DNA from: a virus
Taxonomy: Duplodnaviria; Caudoviricetes
DNA length: 25,428 bases
Virus record (IMG/VR): IMGVR_UViG_3300032232_000315
Location: 1-25,428 of that record
Direction: 5' to 3' (one strand)
The notes below the pieces were generated by a model that ran no database searches, was not told the DNA's origin, and saw only the letters and a list, made by a program, of their open reading frames with translations. Each line of letters begins with the position of its first letter. Position 1 is the stretch's first letter. A program made the translations under genes and the position numbers. Below, one piece after another: positions 1 through 8,080 of this stretch.

Positions 1-486
1 CATGCGGATCACCTTCAGGGCATTGACGAACAGGGCCCGGGCTCGCCGGTGAAACTCGTCAACGTCGTAGGCGTTCAGTTGGTTCACCGATTCCGCGCGC
101 ACCACGGCGCCGCAGTGCCAGTCCGAACAGAGCAGGATCGGGACCGATTCGGATCGAGCGCCGTGGTGTTGATCGCTCAGCGGCTCCGGCTGCTCGATCT
201 CCCGAATGTCCAGGGCCGTGGCCAGCGAATCCAGAGTGTTGGCCAGCTCCGCCAGGGCACGGTCCCGATCGCGCTCGGCAGTCCGAGCGGTTTCCTTCAC
301 CCGGCGGAGCTCCAGCTGCAACGCCAGCAGCTCATCGCTGGTGTCGCTTCGCTTGCCATTGGGGCACATGCCAGGCGCGCAGAACGGTCGGCGCCGGCCT
401 GATGTTTCCTGCCATTCGATCGCACTCTCAGCCAGCCAGGCTCGACAGCTCGAGTTGCGGCGACACTGGAAAGTGCGTTCAGACAT
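1..486 (-). CDS. Metallophosphoesterase (calcineurin-like) family protein, 3'-truncated by window edge; not in ORF track
   Basis: ATG at 486 overlaps the upstream TAA (TAATG); open for 162 codons to position 1: MSERTFQCRRNSSCRAW...FCAPGMCPNG...coiled coil...VPILLCSDWHCGAVVRAESVNQLNAYDVDEFHRRARALF; the hydrophobic strand plus SDWH matches motif I (DxH). Confidence 0.75.
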   Translation of the reverse strand, partial: MSERTFQCRRNSSCRAWLAESAIEWQETSGRRRPFCAPGMCPNGKRSDTSDELLALQLELRRVKETARTAERDRDRALAELANTLDSLATALDIREIEQPEPLSDQHHGARSESVPILLCSDWHCGAVVRAESVNQLNAYDVDEFHRRARALFVNALKVIRM

Positions 487-1226
487 TACCGAGCCTCCTG
501 CCAGACCGAGACGTAGACAGTCCCCAGCCCCGTCAGCGGCAGCACCAGGTCACGCAGGTCGCGGTTGTGCATTCGGATGCACCCGAGCGTGGGATAGAGC
601 GGCTGCAGCGGCAGCCAGGCACCAGGCCAGCCGCAAGCCGACCCGCCGCCGTGCAGCATGATTCCATCGCGGCCATCCCGGCTGCCAGGGCCTTCCTGGT
701 TCTCCAGGCCGATCAAATCGAACGAATACCACCCGTAGGCGCGGCGTTCGGTGGTGAACGAAGTCGTCGGATCTTCCTCGTAGTCCCTGTAGACGGTGCC
801 GACCTTGTACAACCCCGGCGGGGTATCGCTGGCCCTGGAATGCCAATCGGTTTCGGTTGATTGTCCCCGCGCCAGGGCCGCCACGGTCCACAGCCGCTGC
901 CCTGTGTGGCTGAAGCCGCTGATGATTTCGGCCTTGTCGTCCATCACCAGGTGGTGATCGCCCAGCTTCAGATCAGGTCGCTGCGTGGGTCCGATCAACC
1001 CAGTCCGCTTGGGCTCGACCGCCGGCGGCTTGATCGGACTGGATGGCGCCGGTGGCGCTGCTGCTGGGCTCCCGGCGGCCCTCCAGTCAGCGGTGAAGGC
1101 TTGGCGCTGCTCAGGCGTCAGAGCCTGATCCAGCGCAGAGAAGGCGGCCAGCTGGTGGGGCAGCAACAAGCCGCGCTTGGCGATTTCCTGGGCTGCTGCG
1201 CGGACCGATGCCAGGGTGGGGGCCAT
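486..1226 (-). CDS. YkuD/L,D-transpeptidase-fold protein, putative endolysin
   Basis: DTPPGLY and GIMLHGG...PTLGCIRM catalytic signature (HxxN..[ST]xGC); N-terminal helical segment (LLPHQLAAF) and Pro-rich linker; GAGGAG SD upstream; located after the tail genes. Confidence 0.8.
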   Translation of the reverse strand: MAPTLASVRAAAQEIAKRGLLLPHQLAAFSALDQALTPEQRQAFTADWRAAGSPAAAPPAPSSPIKPPAVEPKRTGLIGPTQRPDLKLGDHHLVMDDKAEIISGFSHTGQRLWTVAALARGQSTETDWHSRASDTPPGLYKVGTVYRDYEEDPTTSFTTERRAYGWYSFDLIGLENQEGPGSRDGRDGIMLHGGGSACGWPGAWLPLQPLYPTLGCIRMHNRDLRDLVLPLTGLGTVYVSVWQEAR

Positions 1227-1228
1227 GC

Positions 1229-1408
1229 TTACTCCTCCCCAGCCGGAATAATCAGGCTGTCTTCGATGTTCCTGATCATTTCCGGCGAGTAGGACAAAGG
1301 CGAATAGGGGTCGTCATTCATCGCCAGCAGTGTGCGGAACAATTTGGAGTGTGCCTGCACCTCTGGGGGTGCGAGCGAGACGTAATCGGGATCGGATGGA
1401 ATTGGCAT
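1229..1408 (-). CDS. Small hypothetical protein, 59 aa (not in ORF track)
   Basis: ATG 1408 to TAA 1229: MPIPSDPDYVSLAPPEVQAHSKLFRTLLAMNDDPYSPLSYSPEMIRNIEDSLIIPAGEE; fills the gap with 2-nt spacers on both sides. Confidence 0.75.
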   Translation of the reverse strand: MPIPSDPDYVSLAPPEVQAHSKLFRTLLAMNDDPYSPLSYSPEMIRNIEDSLIIPAGEE

Positions 1409-1410
1409 GG

Positions 1411-4400
1411 TCAGATGGTGATGTTGCGGGGTTTGACGATGGAGCCGTACTGGGTGCCGATCCCAGCCTTCCAGCTACGACCGCCCAGGTTCAAATCGAC
1501 CACGCTGTCTGTGGTCGTGATGACGGGGTTTGCGGCGCTGCCGCCAGTGGGGAAGCTGCCCTCCCCATAAGTCGTCGTGCCGCCAGTGGTGATGAACGAG
1601 ATGCGAGACGCCGACAAACCGGAAGCCGTGGCGCCCGCCCGCGCCCAAATGGTGGAGATCGGCGTCGCTGGCCCCCCGAGATTGATGGTGGCGCCCTCTG
1701 CGTCGTCAAGCTGATTGCCCAGAAGGATGCCCCTGGCCTTGGTTGCGTTGTGACCATTGGAGCCGAATCGGCCAACAAAGCCCGAACTCACCGGAATGCT
1801 TGTGCTGGTAATGCCGCCACAGAAGAAGATTTGGTCGATTGAAATGGATGAAGGAGCGTGGATGAACTGGTCCACAAATGGCCCGTTGTCCATATCGCCC
1901 GTCCCTATTGAACCAGCAGGCGCCGATCCATCACTCTTGAGCAGGTGGATGCAGTTGGGCAGGAATCTACCAGATGTATCCTTGAAGAAGCTGCGTTGCA
2001 GGCTTGAGTTCCAAGAAGTTATTGAAGCCGATTCACGCACATAGATTGTGCGACCAAGTATTGCGATATTGATCTTTGTATTGAGCTTGTAGGATCCAAT
2101 GAAGGTATGATAGAACTGCCGGAACGTCCATCCTGAATGCACAACGGTCGAGCCGTAGTGCCGAGTCGCGGAGTTCTCGATTGGATAGTCGCTGGTGCTT
2201 GGTAGGCCGATCCCGCCGCTGGTAATAACGGTGTTTCCACGCAGGTAAATATTACTGATTGAGAGTGGCGCTTCTGTCTGTATGTCGATGTAGGGGGGCC
2301 TGGCCGCGCCAAGGTTTTCCTTGTGTGACGGGAGCCCAGGGCCAAAGATACAATCGTAGAGTTTGATCGTATCGGTTGTGCGCGAGGTCGCTTGAATTAC
2401 TGACGTTGACGTAACCCAAGTGGTAAACGCACCATTGAACCCGCTTGTGGTTCTGATGCTGCTTAGCAGGGTATCAACGTTTGTACTTGTGTTGGTCGAA
2501 TAAACAAGGGATGGCGACCCAACGGAGATAATTTGGTTTGAGGTAAGGTCGTCCCCGTCAAAACCGGCAATGATCAGTGGAGCCCTTGTGCTCACGCTGC
2601 CTGCGACCCATTTGATAACCTCAGCCAGGCCAAGGAAGGCAAAGCCGCCCCTGAACTCAACTGATTTCTGAAACACCATTGCATAGGGGTTACATGCAAC
2701 ATGCAGCTTCGTTCCGTTACTGTCTGTCCCAGCACTTGTGCCGGAGCGCAATAGGAGCCGGAATGGAATGAACTGCGGGATCAGCGCTCCATTGTCGTAC
2801 CCCTCTCCATTGAAGTAGTTAGTAGCGCCAACTGTGCTAAATCCTGAACTGCTTGGGAAAGGCATTGCCGAGAATGCGCTGTCCCAGGATTCAAACCTTA
2901 CATTGCATGTCCAGGTTGCATTTGGGAAATAGTAACCAGGAGCAATCCTGATAATGGCTGTAATCTCAGTGCCCGACAGCACCTGATTTGCGTACTCGGC
3001 TGCGCGGGCAAGGGATGGGACGGCATTGCCGCCTGACGTGGGCGGGGTCGCCAACATGCTCGTCAAGTTGCGGTCCGTTGCGCCTTCCTTCACATACAGG
3101 ATCAGCTCTCCAGCCAGCGCCGAGACGAGCTGGTTGGCGCTTTTCCATGCGTTGAGGCCTGCAACCGTGACGGCCTCAGGTGTAGCGTTGATTGCGGCGT
3201 CCGCAGTAGCGATCGAAGCTGCCGAACCAGTCTTGGTCAGCTCCGACAGCGGCGCCAATCTGGTCACCCCCAGCCGGGTGGTCTGCCCAGCCTGCCCGGC
3301 CTGGTTGTCGAAAGCGACGGTGCCAGAGAATTCAGCCGAGCCAGGGACCGTGAGCTGATTGGTGACCGTCAGGGTTGGATAGATGGTGCTCTGACTGGTG
3401 TTGATGTCACCAGCGCCGATCGATTCAACCGCCAGCGTTTGGCCGGTGGTGGTGTCCTCCAGGCCTCGGGGACTCACCAGCAGGCCATCCTCCTGAGAGC
3501 CCTGGGGGATGACCCTGCCGCCACCCTGGCTGGTGAAGTAATAGGTGAATCGATTCTGAGCGCTCATATCCTGCGCAGCGGCAGGAACGGCCTTGGAATA
3601 GTTGCCCAGGCCAGACCCAAACCAGCGATGACTGCCCATCCATAAAGTCGATGGCCGCCGGAACTCGACAGGCCAGTTCACCGCCGCATTTGCTGCGCCG
3701 CCAGACGGGGAGACGCTGCTCAGGGCCAGCGTGGTGGCCGGGTTGGATGTAAGCGCTGGATTGCGGCTCCTCGATGCCTCGGCGCGGGGGACTAGGGCGG
3801 CATGGGCGTCGCTGGAGCCATAGCCAAGAGCGCTCAGCAGCAGGAACGCACCCAGGTAATCGGTGCCAGTGCGGTACGGGGCATAGATGGATGCTGATGC
3901 GGTCCAGGCCGTTGACCAGTTGATGCCGCATGTAGTTGTTTCCTGCGCACCGTCGGTGTCAGTGTCAAAGATCAGGATCGGCGCTTCGTTTTTGAGGTTG
4001 TCCTCTGGGGCATAAGTGCTCTCCATGTGGACGAACGTCTCCTGCCACAGCGTGGGATCCGGCGCTGTTGTTGCGCTCGTTAACGCCTGGCTGTTGATGT
4101 AGTGCTTGTTGGCGTAGAGCACAACAGTGCCGGCCCTGTAGGTGGTGGCATTGGCATAGTTGACGGCGGTGCCGCCGCGCCTCAGAGTCACTTCAGAAGT
4201 CTTCAGAACACCAGAGCCAGGGGTATCACCAACCCCGGTCGCAGTGACCAGCAGCAGCTCCGTAGAGCCACTGAGCACGCGAGAGATTGATGCCGAAGTG
4301 GCATCGGTCTGCAGCACGTAGTTGGCTGTCGGGATGCGTGCTGATGTGGTGTTGGACAGCTTCAACGACAGCCGCCGCTCTGATGGGCTGCGGGTGTCCA

Positions 4401-6204
4401 CCAGGCGGCGCACATAGACACGGGCGCCGATCGCCAATGAGATTCCATTGCCCCCGGTTCCAACGGCTCCACCGCTTGGATCAGTGAGCGCCGAGCTGAT
4501 ATTGAGCCGGGTTGGGGTGGTCGATGACCAGGCGCTGGATGTAACAGGGGCACGCCAGTCGGTGCCCTGCTGGTTTTCGACCCAGAGATAGGAACCGCTG
4601 GGCAGGGAATAGCCTTCCTGGCCCAGCAGGTCGGGCACCGTCGAGCTGCTGCCGTAGGGCGCCAGCGCAGTGCTCAAGGTGATGGTTGAGGAGGTGAAAG
4701 CAGTGATGGTCCCCAGGTAGTACCGCTGGATGTTGCCTGTTTTGAACTCAGGGCTAAGCGGAACCTTGATGGCGCTGATCTGCCAACTCTTGTCGTTGGG
4801 GAAGGCTGCCTTGCGATAGCCCTTGGCAAGGCCAGCCACCCCACCAAAGCTGCTGTTGCCGTTGTTGCTGTCAAGCTCGCCGCCTGTATCAACAAAGCTC
4901 TGAGCACCTTCGCCAATATCAAAGATCGAAACCTTCTGAGCAAAGCCCTCATTGATGACACCGACGCCAATACTGCGCCGTGCTGGGTTCATCCTGATGT
5001 TGTCAGGCGTCTGCGTGATGTAGTCCGCGTAGTTGGAAACCGCAACCCAGTTGCCACCCGAATACTTTTGCCAGCAGCGCATGTCGCCCTGCTCGGAGAT
5101 TCCCTTTTGCAGGGAGACGCCCGTGAAGTTGGCGAGCACAAACGACTTGAATCCATCAACTTTGGCGCCATCAACCCACAGGCGGCCCATGCCGTAGTTG
5201 GAGCGCACCGAGCACTGAAAGATGTAGAACGACGCTGATGCCGTTGAATCCCATGCCTGTGTTGGCGTGCCGCTGATCGGAGCGGCGATGGTGTATTCAG
5301 TTCCTCGCGCTACAAGCAGCGCTTGGCTCAGGTTGCCGCCAGATCCGCAAGCGGTGTAAACGTTGGCGTAGAAGGCATCCAGCTCGGCCTTGGTGGCGTG
5401 GCCGAACATGGACAACAGGTGATGCGTTGATGCAAGCCCAATCTTGTCCATGGCCGTGATGCCATAGGCATACCCGCCGCCAGTGGTCTTGAACATCTGG
5501 CGCCGCAGCGCATAGGTGGCCACGCCATTGGAATAAGTTGGCGCCTCATCAACGTCACCGCTCGGCACCCAGTTGGGCCGCACGATGGTGTGGCGCAGGT
5601 CGCCAAACTCCGAGACGATGGAGGCGCCACGGGGGAGCAGGACGCCGCCCTCAGTGGGGTTGAAGCCGATCAGTTGTGCAGCGGTGGGCTCAAACCCATC
5701 GGTCCATGCACTGACGGCAGAGCCATCGGCGGCTGGGTTGTTATAGACGGTGTGCAGACCAGGGGCCAGCACGATGCACACGCAGTCAACGTGCGCCATG
5801 GGGTCATTGATGTACCAGTTCTTGCTGGTGATGATCGCCGCTTCGATGATGGCGCGGTTGATCGTTTTGAACGGCGAGTGGCGGGTGTACCCGCATGTCA
5901 GCCGCTGATTTTCAAGCCGCTTCAGCTTCTGCGCGACAACCTGTTCTGTGCTGCTGCCGCTGGCGGCTTCCTTGGTGTTGTAGCTACCGGCAGCAAACGT
6001 GTCCTTGCCGATGTAGGGGTTGACATAGAGAACGAATGGCGCCGTCAGCGGGTCCGTTGATTCGCTGCTCCCGGGGGCGATATTGGCCGCGCCGATGAGC
6101 TGCCGCAGGCCGTCAAGAGCGGCGCTGAGCTGCTCCTTTGCCGTGGCCTGGCTGGTGGCCAGAGGCCACGAGCCGGAATCTGCCGCCTTCTTGACGATCG
6201 CCAC
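1411..6204 (-). CDS. Large tail fibre/tailspike-like virion protein (1597 aa)
   Basis: GTG start; two LYV...P(F/V)x(T/S)(I/L)xRA...(L/I)APG motifs of the type that precede pectin-lyase-like beta-helices; GVTRLA fibre-type motif; aromatic Y..G.VV.Y..K.Y motif; Ser/Thr/Gly-rich; distal tail position. Confidence 0.8.
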   Translation of the reverse strand: MAIVKKAADSGSWPLATSQATAKEQLSAALDGLRQLIGAANIAPGSSESTDPLTAPFVLYVNPYIGKDTFAAGSYNTKEAASGSSTEQVVAQKLKRLENQRLTCGYTRHSPFKTINRAIIEAAIITSKNWYINDPMAHVDCVCIVLAPGLHTVYNNPAADGSAVSAWTDGFEPTAAQLIGFNPTEGGVLLPRGASIVSEFGDLRHTIVRPNWVPSGDVDEAPTYSNGVATYALRRQMFKTTGGGYAYGITAMDKIGLASTHHLLSMFGHATKAELDAFYANVYTACGSGGNLSQALLVARGTEYTIAAPISGTPTQAWDSTASASFYIFQCSVRSNYGMGRLWVDGAKVDGFKSFVLANFTGVSLQKGISEQGDMRCWQKYSGGNWVAVSNYADYITQTPDNIRMNPARRSIGVGVINEGFAQKVSIFDIGEGAQSFVDTGGELDSNNGNSSFGGVAGLAKGYRKAAFPNDKSWQISAIKVPLSPEFKTGNIQRYYLGTITAFTSSTITLSTALAPYGSSSTVPDLLGQEGYSLPSGSYLWVENQQGTDWRAPVTSSAWSSTTPTRLNISSALTDPSGGAVGTGGNGISLAIGARVYVRRLVDTRSPSERRLSLKLSNTTSARIPTANYVLQTDATSASISRVLSGSTELLLVTATGVGDTPGSGVLKTSEVTLRRGGTAVNYANATTYRAGTVVLYANKHYINSQALTSATTAPDPTLWQETFVHMESTYAPEDNLKNEAPILIFDTDTDGAQETTTCGINWSTAWTASASIYAPYRTGTDYLGAFLLLSALGYGSSDAHAALVPRAEASRSRNPALTSNPATTLALSSVSPSGGAANAAVNWPVEFRRPSTLWMGSHRWFGSGLGNYSKAVPAAAQDMSAQNRFTYYFTSQGGGRVIPQGSQEDGLLVSPRGLEDTTTGQTLAVESIGAGDINTSQSTIYPTLTVTNQLTVPGSAEFSGTVAFDNQAGQAGQTTRLGVTRLAPLSELTKTGSAASIATADAAINATPEAVTVAGLNAWKSANQLVSALAGELILYVKEGATDRNLTSMLATPPTSGGNAVPSLARAAEYANQVLSGTEITAIIRIAPGYYFPNATWTCNVRFESWDSAFSAMPFPSSSGFSTVGATNYFNGEGYDNGALIPQFIPFRLLLRSGTSAGTDSNGTKLHVACNPYAMVFQKSVEFRGGFAFLGLAEVIKWVAGSVSTRAPLIIAGFDGDDLTSNQIISVGSPSLVYSTNTSTNVDTLLSSIRTTSGFNGAFTTWVTSTSVIQATSRTTDTIKLYDCIFGPGLPSHKENLGAARPPYIDIQTEAPLSISNIYLRGNTVITSGGIGLPSTSDYPIENSATRHYGSTVVHSGWTFRQFYHTFIGSYKLNTKINIAILGRTIYVRESASITSWNSSLQRSFFKDTSGRFLPNCIHLLKSDGSAPAGSIGTGDMDNGPFVDQFIHAPSSISIDQIFFCGGITSTSIPVSSGFVGRFGSNGHNATKARGILLGNQLDDAEGATINLGGPATPISTIWARAGATASGLSASRISFITTGGTTTYGEGSFPTGGSAANPVITTTDSVVDLNLGGRSWKAGIGTQYGSIVKPRNITI

Positions 6205-6230
6205 GCTTAGACCGGCTGAACTTTCTCAGC

Positions 6231-6248
6231 TCAGGCTAGGAAGGCTGA
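6231..6248. promoter_or_regulatory. Imperfect palindrome TCAGGCT-AGGA-AGGCTGA (TAGCCTGA on minus) upstream of the fibre gene
   Basis: 6 of 7 arm positions pair; lies in the 6205-6251 gap; same element recurs at other junctions. Confidence 0.5.
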
Positions 6249-6251
6249 TCG

Positions 6252-7295
6252 TCAGGCCCCCATTTTGAGCTGGGTTTCGCCCAGAACCAGGAATGCAGCG
6301 CTGCCAGTGATCAGCTTGGAAGCGGCGGTCTGAACGCCAGTTCTGGCCAACAGCAGATCGGCCTCGTACCAGAGCGAGCCGCCAAGCTTCGGCTCTCGAG
6401 TGGGATTGGCTGTGGTGGGATCGGCTGTCTGGTCTCGGCACAGGTAGAACCGGGCCCGGGTCTTGCAACCGCGATCGAGCATCATCACCAGCCGCAACAG
6501 GGCGGTGCTGTCCTGATAGCCGCTGCGGTAGGTGCGATCGATGTCGAACTGCAGGGTTCCGCTTCCGCGCACCAGCGCCTTCACCGAATCGCCGTAGCCC
6601 TCGGATAGCGCGGTGGTGTCCTGAGTGCCGCCCTCCTGATCCAGGGTCCACTCAGCCAGATGAGCCTGAATCTTCCAGCCGATCAGGTCGGGCGATGCCA
6701 CCGCATCAGGGATGGTGGTCAGCGATTCGGCCGACTGCTCGGGCTTGGCCAGCGGTAGCAGGGCCAGCACGGTCTGCGACAGGCTCACCAGTGCCGCCTG
6801 GAACGCCGCTGCCGCTTGGAAGGGCGCAATCACCAGGGCGCCAAACGCGACGCCGCTCAGCGCCATGCGGCCGGTGGTGCCACCGTTCACCGCATTGATC
6901 TCAGAGTCGTAAAACGACAGGCGGCCCAACGTGTCGCGGCCGGCATAGCAGCTCAGCTGGGTGGTGAGCCCGGTGCCAGTGGCTGATTCCCAGAACGGCG
7001 CCGAATTGCTCGATGCCCAATAAGCGCCGGCATCGTCGCTGCGGTGCGCAGTGGCTGGCCCTGCGATGCCCTGCCCGCCCCAGTGGCGATGACCATCGGG
7101 GCAATCGGCATAGCCATCGGCATTGGAATCGATCGGCAGGCCCCGGGCGCAGGTCAGCAGCACCCGATCACCAGGCCAATACCCAGGCTCGCTGAGCCAG
7201 ATCTTGCCGCTGTCGAACCGGGCATCGCTGATCACCGTGAGCGGTGGCGCCTCCCGGCTGAGCTCCAGTTCGCCACCGGTGCCAAGCAGTGACAT
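6252..7295 (-). CDS. Virion structural protein with C-terminal tail-tube-like domain (347 aa)
   Basis: C-terminal WTLDQEGGTQDTTALSEGYGDSVKALVRGSGTLQFD resembles tube-protein motif and the adjacent 126-aa protein; TGATG coupled to upstream gene. Confidence 0.65.
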   Translation of the reverse strand: MSLLGTGGELELSREAPPLTVISDARFDSGKIWLSEPGYWPGDRVLLTCARGLPIDSNADGYADCPDGHRHWGGQGIAGPATAHRSDDAGAYWASSNSAPFWESATGTGLTTQLSCYAGRDTLGRLSFYDSEINAVNGGTTGRMALSGVAFGALVIAPFQAAAAFQAALVSLSQTVLALLPLAKPEQSAESLTTIPDAVASPDLIGWKIQAHLAEWTLDQEGGTQDTTALSEGYGDSVKALVRGSGTLQFDIDRTYRSGYQDSTALLRLVMMLDRGCKTRARFYLCRDQTADPTTANPTREPKLGGSLWYEADLLLARTGVQTAASKLITGSAAFLVLGETQLKMGA

Positions 7296-7675
7296 CAGAT
7301 CGTGCCGCTGATCTCGTTGAAGGTGATGCTGGCGCTGACCTGCACGATGTCACCCACTGACACCGACACCCCAACCTGACCAAACAGCACGGTGCCACCA
7401 ATGCTGCGGTCGAGCAGGATCAGCTGTAGATCATGGTCGGCATCGGAGGCGTTCAGAATCTGCTGGAGGATTGAGCTGGCCTGGCTGCTGCGGTCGTATT
7501 GCAGGGTGCAGGAGCCGGAATAGCTGCGCAGGCCATAGACGAACGTGCGCGAATCCTGGCCCAGAGCGGTGTCTTCGTTAAGGTCGCTGCTGAGCGACAG
7601 GCTCACGTCGCGGGCCTTGGCGATGGCGGTGCCATCCAGGCGGAGCTCCGCGTCTCGGCTGGTTAGAACGGCCAT
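7295..7675 (-). CDS. Tail-tube-like minor structural protein (126 aa)
   Basis: IAKARDVSLSLSSDLNEDTALGQDSRTFVYGLRSYSGSCTLQYD and C-terminal GDIVQVSASITF follow the siphophage tube-fold pattern. Confidence 0.65.
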   Translation of the reverse strand: MAVLTSRDAELRLDGTAIAKARDVSLSLSSDLNEDTALGQDSRTFVYGLRSYSGSCTLQYDRSSQASSILQQILNASDADHDLQLILLDRSIGGTVLFGQVGVSVSVGDIVQVSASITFNEISGTI

Positions 7676-7694
7676 GAACCCTTATCCCTTTGCC

Positions 7695-7712
7695 TCAGGC
7701 TAGACAGCCACT
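7695..7712. promoter_or_regulatory. TAGCCTGA element (minus) with partial second arm (GGCT-N4-AGCC)
   Basis: Plus strand TCAGGCT-AGAC-AGCCACT; overlaps the TAG stop at 7700; 19 nt before ATG 7675. Confidence 0.4.
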
Positions 7713-8080
7713 GCTTTGAGCTGAACGCTGATATTCACCCGGCCGGCCAGGTCGCGGTCCTGTGAGCGGGTCGGCGGTTGACCGGGGAGGAATCGCCACT
7801 GCAGGCCCGGCAGAACCGGGGCGTCATCGGGGGCCCAGATCTCCGCCGGGAGGATCAGCTCGTCCATGCCGCAGCGGCTGTCCAGCCAGGCAGCTTCGAT
7901 CAAGAGCCAGTCGGCCACAGGTTTGGCGTTGAAGCTGAGCGAGACACTGGCGTCCACCGCAAGGCTGCCCCGCTGCCGGCGGAAGGTGGCGCCAGCAACG
8001 GATCGGCTCTCGGTGACGGGCACAGCCGGGGGCACGTACTCACGATTCGCCGGGCGGATTGCGGGGAAGTTCACGCTCAC
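7700..8080 (-). CDS. Minor tail protein, distal-tail/gpM-like (126 aa)
   Basis: FPAIRP.NREY...SVAGATFRRQRG...VSLSF...WRF...P...NISVQL pattern and size typical of gpM-like proteins; GTGA overlap with upstream gene. Confidence 0.55.
   Translation of the reverse strand: MSVNFPAIRPANREYVPPAVPVTESRSVAGATFRRQRGSLAVDASVSLSFNAKPVADWLLIEAAWLDSRCGMDELILPAEIWAPDDAPVLPGLQWRFLPGQPPTRSQDRDLAGRVNISVQLKAVAV

Noticed and set aside
6216-6230. GCTGA-ACTTTC-TCAGC hairpin as a terminator
   Set aside because: Only a 5-bp stem and no U-tract on the coding strand
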